This document shows, piece by piece, positions 59,047 through 64,000 of a stretch of 64,000 bases of DNA. The translations under genes were made by a program, and so were the position numbers. A model generated the notes under the pieces. It was not told the DNA's origin and made no database searches. It was given only the letters and a program-made list of their open reading frames with translations. Within the stretch, counting starts at the first letter, position 1. Every line of letters starts with the position of its first letter. This stretch comes from Myxococcota bacterium. GTDB lineage: Bacteria; Myxococcota_A; UBA9160; SZUA-336. Where the stretch lies: positions 2,240,001-2,304,000 of the forward strand of contig CBDFGR010000003.1 of the NCBI GenBank assembly GCA_965247115.1. The letters run 5' to 3'.

Positions 59047-59265
59047 TGTGGGACCCGGCCGCGGGCGGCCGCGGCCACCCACCTCCGCTCAGGCCAAGGG
59101 CCTTCGCTGCGCGCGCCGCGTTCGCGGCGCTTGCAGGGTGCCTTGTCGTCGAGTGGCGGAGGCAGGACGCGCAGTGAGGCGTAGCCGAACGAAGAGCGGG
59201 TGGCCGTCAGCGGCCCGCGGGGCGCTGACCCGCGGGAGGACCGCTCGCGCGCCGGGTCCCGCAAG
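59047..59265. repeat. Divergent pair of family A copies (59047-59135 minus; 59168-59265 plus, with insert)
   Basis: Matches the family A consensus and the 54632 variant. Confidence 0.88.
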
Positions 59266-59276
59266 GAGCAAGTAGG

Positions 59277-59386
59277 CGGAGGTCGGGAACAGTCCCCCGG
59301 CGGACTGTGGTAGCGGTACCCGAGGCGAGCATGTTCTCTGAGCACGCAGGGAGCGGAGTCCGCCGGGGGACTGTTCCCGACCTCCG
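59277..59386. repeat. Repeat family B copy (30-bp arms, 50-nt spacer)
   Basis: CGGAGGTCGGGAACAGTCCCCCGGCGGACT and its exact reverse complement. Confidence 0.9.
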
Positions 59387-59404
59387 ACGGCGGTGGTGCT
59401 TCTC

Positions 59405-59806
59405 TCAACCCTTTAGCAGTGGGATGTTATCGTCGTTGCCGTCTTCGTCGTCTTCTCCGGCGGCCCGGAGCTTTGCGATGGCCATGCCGAGGACGGCGCG
59501 GGTGCGGGGGTTGAGCTTCTTGAACTCGACGCCGAAGCCCGTCTCGGTATTCCGAATGACCTCCGCGGGGATCTCGACCGGTATGGAGTCTTCGAGGAAG
59601 GACAGGCGGAGCTTGATGCTCGAGCCGGGCATGACCAGCGGATCGACGTCTTCGAGCAGGGCGCCGCTCTTCGAGATGTTGCTGACCCTTCCGGTCCCCT
59701 CGAGTGGTCGACGTCCGTTCGCCGTCTCCATGGTCTTGCCTCGCACCACGTAGGCCACCCGGAAGCGGACTCGCGCACGGGCCTTCTGTCGTTCCGTCTG
59801 CGTCAT
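59405..59806 (-). CDS. Single-domain PilZ protein
   Basis: RQKAR (RxxxR), NISKSG, FGVEF. Confidence 0.9.
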   Translation of the reverse strand: MTQTERQKARARVRFRVAYVVRGKTMETANGRRPLEGTGRVSNISKSGALLEDVDPLVMPGSSIKLRLSFLEDSIPVEIPAEVIRNTETGFGVEFKKLNPRTRAVLGMAIAKLRAAGEDDEDGNDDNIPLLKG

Positions 59807-59818
59807 CGTCGAGGCTGG

Positions 59819-59846
59819 GGATCGGACTCCTGCCAGCGCGGCTTTA
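59819..59846 (-). promoter_or_regulatory. Sigma28-like promoter
   Basis: Minus strand TAAA-N16-TCCGATCC. Confidence 0.6.
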
Positions 59847-59861
59847 GTGTCGCGCGCCGGG

Positions 59862-60245
59862 TCAAGTCTTCAGCAGGGTGATGTCCTCACCGTCCTCGAG
59901 CTGCGCTCCGTCGTCGACGTCCTCGTACGCCTGCCTAAGTTTCGAGATCGCCATGCCGAGAACGGAGCGGGTACGCGGACTCAGCTTTGTGAACTGGACG
60001 CCAAAACCCTCATCCGTCTCCCGTACGACCGTGGCAGGAACCTCGATCGGAACCGAGTCCTCGAAGAAGGAAAAGCTCAGCTTGATCTCGATCCCCGTCA
60101 TCAGCAGCCGATCGCAGTCTTCGATCAGCGCACCGGTCTTGGAGATATTCAGGACCGTTCCGGTTCCCTCGAACGAGGGTCCGTGATAGTCGACCTTGAA
60201 ACGGACACTCGCGCGGGGCTTTCGTCGCTCTGGTAGAAAGGGCAT
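59862..60245 (-). CDS. Single-domain PilZ protein (paralogue of 59405-59806)
   Basis: RRKPR, NISKTG, FGVQF. Confidence 0.9.
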   Translation of the reverse strand: MPFLPERRKPRASVRFKVDYHGPSFEGTGTVLNISKTGALIEDCDRLLMTGIEIKLSFSFFEDSVPIEVPATVVRETDEGFGVQFTKLSPRTRSVLGMAISKLRQAYEDVDDGAQLEDGEDITLLKT

Positions 60246-60263
60246 AAACGAACCCCTGTACGC

Positions 60264-60291
60264 GAATCGGCCCCGGTCGCTCGGTACTTTA
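60264..60291 (-). promoter_or_regulatory. Sigma28-like promoter
   Basis: Minus strand TAAA-N16-GCCGATTC. Confidence 0.65.
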
Positions 60292-60295
60292 GATT

Positions 60296-61162
60296 TCAGC
60301 CGACACCGGAAGGGAACAGCTCCTCGTAGATGCGTCGCGTTGCCGGCGATCGGTTCAGCGTGTAGAAGTGGATTCCCGGTGCGCCCTCCTGCAGCAACTC
60401 CCGACACTGAGCAGTGGCCCACTCGATGCCGACCTCCCGCGTGGCGGCGCTGTCGTCGCCTGTGCGTGCCAGTTGTTCTTCCAGAGCCTGGGGAATGCGC
60501 GCGCCACACATGCTCGTCATGCGCCGGATATTCGGGAGGCTGATCACGGGCATGATCCCTGGCACGATCGGCAGCTGGATCCCCGCCCGACGGACCCGTC
60601 CGACGAAGTCAAAGTAATCGGCGTTGTCGAAGAAGAGCTGCGTGATAAGGAAGTCGGCGCCCGCAGTGGTCTTCTGGACGAGCATCTCGAGGTCGGACTC
60701 GGGACTCCGAGCGGCGGGATGCGTCTCGGGGTAGCACGCAGCGGGCATGCAGAAGCTCCAGCGCGGACGAATGAACTCGATGAGCTCATTCGCGTGGTGG
60801 AATGCGCCGGGAGGAGGGACGTAGTCCTCTGGCTGATCGCCACCCAGGGGCAGGACGTTCGCGATCCCGCCCTCCTGGAGCTGGTCGAGCGCCGCGGCGA
60901 TCTCGTCGCGGCTCGAGCCCACGCATGAGATGTGCGCCATCGCCGTCATCCCGATCTCGTTCTGGATCCGGATGACCAGCTCGACAGTCTTTCGGCGCGT
61001 AGTGCCCCCGGCGCCCCAGGTCACCGAGACGAACGAGGGATCGAGACGCTTCAGCTCCGTGATGGTCTGGAACAGCGACGAGAAACCGCCTTCGGTTCTC
61101 GGGGGAAAGAACTCGAACGAGATGACCGGCCGTCCTGTCCCGAATAGCTCAACGATGCGCAT
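60296..61162 (-). CDS. metF: 5,10-methylenetetrahydrofolate reductase
   Basis: SFEFFPP, SVTWGAGG, YPETHP, ITQLFFD, IHFYTLN. Confidence 0.96.
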   Translation of the reverse strand: MRIVELFGTGRPVISFEFFPPRTEGGFSSLFQTITELKRLDPSFVSVTWGAGGTTRRKTVELVIRIQNEIGMTAMAHISCVGSSRDEIAAALDQLQEGGIANVLPLGGDQPEDYVPPPGAFHHANELIEFIRPRWSFCMPAACYPETHPAARSPESDLEMLVQKTTAGADFLITQLFFDNADYFDFVGRVRRAGIQLPIVPGIMPVISLPNIRRMTSMCGARIPQALEEQLARTGDDSAATREVGIEWATAQCRELLQEGAPGIHFYTLNRSPATRRIYEELFPSGVG

Positions 61163-61174
61163 CTGTCCTCGCGC

Positions 61175-61202
61175 TCAAGCCTGCTCTGAAGGGCTCCGAT
61201 TC
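61175..61202 (+). promoter_or_regulatory. Sigma28-like promoter
   Basis: TCAA-N16-TCCGATTC, 8 nt before the GTG. Confidence 0.55.
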
Positions 61203-61210
61203 TATCGTGC

Positions 61211-61585
61211 GTGAAGGCTTCCGCACGGGCTCGGGCTCGACTCCGCATCTCCTCGGTCCCCGTGCGCTTCGTGGCCGAGGGTTGTGAGGCCACAGGGCTC
61301 CTGAAGAGCGCCTCCCGAGCTGGCTTGTTCATCGAGGCAAGCGAGCTCCCGCATATGGGGAGCCCCGTGGTGGTTCAGTTCGAGTCGCCGGCCGGAGCCC
61401 TCGTGAACGTGCGCGGAGAGGTGCGCTGGACGACTCGAGGTCTGGAGAAAGCCGAGGTCCCGAACGGCTTCGGCGTACTGCTCCACGAGCCCCCGAGAGA
61501 GTACCGAGAGTTCTTCCTCTGGGCGAGGAAGGGGGCTGCGCTCGCTCCTACCCCTCCTCGAACTTGCGGAGGAGAATCGCCGTAA
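61211..61585 (+). CDS. PilZ-domain protein (degenerate second motif)
   Basis: RARLR, SASRAGLFI, GEVRW, GFGV. Confidence 0.8.
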   Translation: MKASARARARLRISSVPVRFVAEGCEATGLLKSASRAGLFIEASELPHMGSPVVVQFESPAGALVNVRGEVRWTTRGLEKAEVPNGFGVLLHEPPREYREFFLWARKGAALAPTPPRTCGGESP

Positions 61586-61823
61586 GGCGTCCGTCCTTGC
61601 TGCGGTACTCGAAGACGACCTGGTCGCCGGAGGAGAACTCGCCGAGATCTGCAATCTCGGGCGGAACGTAGATCCGAACGTGGTCCATGACGACGGTCTT
61701 GTCTTCCAACCGGACCGCTTGCAGGCGGCCCTCCATGAACTCGTTCTCACCAGCGCTCCCGCTTAGCGGGAGCACCGAGGCGAGCAGGATCGCCGCACAC
61801 AGTATTCGAGTTGCAAGTCTCAT
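61548..61823 (-). CDS. Small secreted hypothetical protein
   Basis: RBS AGGAGG, signal peptide, GDQVVFEY; lies directly downstream of pilY1. Confidence 0.7.
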   Translation of the reverse strand: MRLATRILCAAILLASVLPLSGSAGENEFMEGRLQAVRLEDKTVVMDHVRIYVPPEIADLGEFSSGDQVVFEYRSKDGRLTAILLRKFEEG

Positions 61824-61835
61824 TCGACTTCCTCC

Positions 61836-64000
61836 TTAGAAGCGCTGGCGCCAGTAGACCAGCTCGACGGGGTCCGGATACTCTCCCGGGATCGGCATCT
61901 TGAGGACCTCACCCATGGATGTCTGCCCGATCAGCTCGACGGCCATGTTCCCGTTCGAGTCGCGCGAGACCGAGATCCGAGGATCTGCGGGCGCGCCGTT
62001 GCCGAGCTGATCCACGCGCCCCGTGGCGAGCAGACCCTCGCCTCGGGCTACATCGAACAGGAACACGTTCGTCGTCCCTGCAGAGTTGCAGACGTCCCGG
62101 CTGGGGTCATTCAGGTCCGGGGACACGTAGCTCAATGTCAGCAGGATGCCGGAAAAGACGATGTGGTTGGTCACGAACTTCTCGCCGTCCGGAACGAGGA
62201 CATAGTACCCGTCGTCATCCGGCGTTGGATCGTTGGCGAAGTTCGTGATGTCGTTGATCCCACGGCTCTGGCCATTGACGGTCTGGTAACCCTCGAAGTG
62301 CTCCACCTCGAACGGATCCGTGTAGGCCAGGCAAACGCCGCCGGCATTCTTCTGGGTGCACACGCGCAGCGGCGTCCGATCCCAGACCACCCAGAAGCGG
62401 TTGTTGTCGTCGTGGTCACCGGGGATACTGACGCCGGCGCCGCCCTTGCCGCCTTTGCCGCCGCTGCTGGCCCCCGTACCTTGGTAGCCAAGGTTGGCGC
62501 GCTCACCGCTTCCGAAGCCCAGCACGAGCTCGTTATCGACGTAGGTGGCGATCGGTGGGAAGAAGATGCTGTGGAAGTGATAGTCGGTGGTGCCGTCGTT
62601 GTTGACGTCTCCAATGTCCTTCCCCAGGGGATCGCTGAGGCTGTCGCGAGCGGTGAAGAAGACATCGGCCTTCCAGTTGTCGACGACCCCGTCTCCCGTC
62701 TGGTCAACTCCGACCTCGTGGATGTCCCACTTCCACATCTGACCGCCGAGATCGCCGATGTAGACGACGTCCGAGAAGCCGTCGAAGTCCAGGTCGAGCA
62801 CGCCCGGCGTGCTCGGGATGGCGTACGTCATGCGGCTCAAGACCGGGTCGCTCGCGGAGTGCCTGAGCTCGGCGATGACGGACCCATCGCTCATGTCGAG
62901 GATGAAGACGCCCTTCCCCTCGTCCGTCCAGCCGGCACTGCTCGGATTGCCGACGAATGCCGCGTAGTTGTTCGGATCCCCCGTGGCGTCGTAGCCGGCG
63001 CCCACAACGGCGACCCAGCGCTCGATGCACGACCCGTCGTCCGTGTCGTCCTTTCCGCAGTAGTCATTGGCTCCAGGTCCTCTGACCTTGACCCGCGTGA
63101 TGATTGGCTCCGACCAGGTCTCGCCGAGCGGCAGGGTGGTGTTGTCCACCTCCCAGAGGAACTTGGGGTACGGGTAGTGGGAACTGCCGGAGCTGGCATT
63201 TGGCTCGGTCACATCCAGGGCGAAGTAGCCGCGGCCTCCCTGACGCATGGACCCGACCAGCGCCGTCGTCCACTCCGACATCTCCTTTGTGACGTCAGAG
63301 GCGTTGCTCGGCAGCCACACGTCTGCGGCGCTCGGGTTTCCGTCGACGAAGTACTGCTTGCCGAGGCCTCTCTGGGGCAGCAGTTTCAGCCGATCGAGGA
63401 CGAAGCCGGGGATGTAGCCGAAGGTCTCCTCGCCGGTTCCGAGGTCGTAGTAGTCGTTCTCCTGCTCCTGAGTCTGGGGGTTGTCTCCGGACCGGAACAC
63501 GCCGCCGTGGAACGAGTGAAGCATGGCATCGTTGGCACCCACGTAGATGCGGCGCTCGCGGACCTTGTTCTTGTTCAGGAAGGTGCCGGTCTGGTCGAGC
63601 GGGCCAAAGCCGTCCTCGCCGCGCAGCACGGCGGGTGGCGGGCCGATCGCGATGGGGTTCGAGTGGAAGATGTCGCCGAGAACGGCGGCTCTCTTCTCCC
63701 CGAAGTCATTGTCTCGATCGGAGTCGAATACGTCCAGCCCGTGGTAGAAGTTGACGAGGGAATCGGTCAGCTGCCCCACAGTGGTGAACGGCGCGGTCGT
63801 CGGGTTGTCGTAGAGAGTCAGATCCGCGCTGACCACACCGAGATCGGCTGTCGTGATCGTCGCCGTGTCGAAGCTGGCTGGCGAGCTGCTTCCGCTGAGG
63901 TTCGTGAACAGGTTACGCGGCGGATGGGTGGCCGAGAGCATCACGTCCTGCGTGTCCCAGTACGGGAAGCGCGGCTCGTAGAAGCGGTTCGTCGCCGGGT
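61836..64000 (-). CDS. pilY1: Type IV pilus tip adhesin PilY1/PilC, beta-propeller region (5' part outside the window)
   Basis: LGDIFHSNP, YVGANDAMLH, YFVDG, YFALDVT, LGETWSEP, DLDFDGFSDVVYIGDLGGQMWK. Confidence 0.9.
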   Translation of the reverse strand, partial: PATNRFYEPRFPYWDTQDVMLSATHPPRNLFTNLSGSSSPASFDTATITTADLGVVSADLTLYDNPTTAPFTTVGQLTDSLVNFYHGLDVFDSDRDNDFGEKRAAVLGDIFHSNPIAIGPPPAVLRGEDGFGPLDQTGTFLNKNKVRERRIYVGANDAMLHSFHGGVFRSGDNPQTQEQENDYYDLGTGEETFGYIPGFVLDRLKLLPQRGLGKQYFVDGNPSAADVWLPSNASDVTKEMSEWTTALVGSMRQGGRGYFALDVTEPNASSGSSHYPYPKFLWEVDNTTLPLGETWSEPIITRVKVRGPGANDYCGKDDTDDGSCIERWVAVVGAGYDATGDPNNYAAFVGNPSSAGWTDEGKGVFILDMSDGSVIAELRHSASDPVLSRMTYAIPSTPGVLDLDFDGFSDVVYIGDLGGQMWKWDIHEVGVDQTGDGVVDNWKADVFFTARDSLSDPLGKDIGDVNNDGTTDYHFHSIFFPPIATYVDNELVLGFGSGERANLGYQGTGASSGGKGGKGGAGVSIPGDHDDNNRFWVVWDRTPLRVCTQKNAGGVCLAYTDPFEVEHFEGYQTVNGQSRGINDITNFANDPTPDDDGYYVLVPDGEKFVTNHIVFSGILLTLSYVSPDLNDPSRDVCNSAGTTNVFLFDVARGEGLLATGRVDQLGNGAPADPRISVSRDSNGNMAVELIGQTSMGEVLKMPIPGEYPDPVELVYWRQRF

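Noticed and set aside
1..64000. tRNA, rRNA, riboswitch, transposase, integrase or prophage genes
   Set aside because: None recognised by eye; a covariance-model and HMM scan would be needed to exclude small RNAs.

Overview
High-GC bacterial chromosomal segment. Gene content (DnaJ/TPR response regulator, multiple PilZ proteins, PilY1, gatCA near mtnA) suggests a Myxococcota/deltaproteobacterium-like organism, but this is inference only. It carries housekeeping genes (ddl, thiI, mutM, gatCA, mtnA, ilvE, ispG, tkt, metF), a CoA-transferase/TPP-enzyme/amidohydrolase catabolic cluster, a fliC-fliD-fliS locus with an adjacent glycosylation operon, c-di-GMP signalling genes and a partial PilY1. I found no rRNA, tRNA, CRISPR array or transposase. 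Most notable observations: (1) an orphan Pup-ligase/deamidase (PafA/Dop) family protein with an inserted hydrophobic membrane hairpin and a UBact-like -RQGE C-terminus, next to gatCA with no gatB in the window; (2) three families of structured, covarying intergenic palindromic repeats whose flanks show a polar A/C-versus-G/T skew that extends into synonymous codon positions; (3) a dispersed sigma28-like promoter set linking flagellin to PilZ, HDOD and Hpt/DGC genes; (4) a formyltransferase-aminotransferase fusion that appears catalytically dead in both domains; (5) many apparent leaderless transcripts; (6) three single-base frameshifts that may be sequencing errors.
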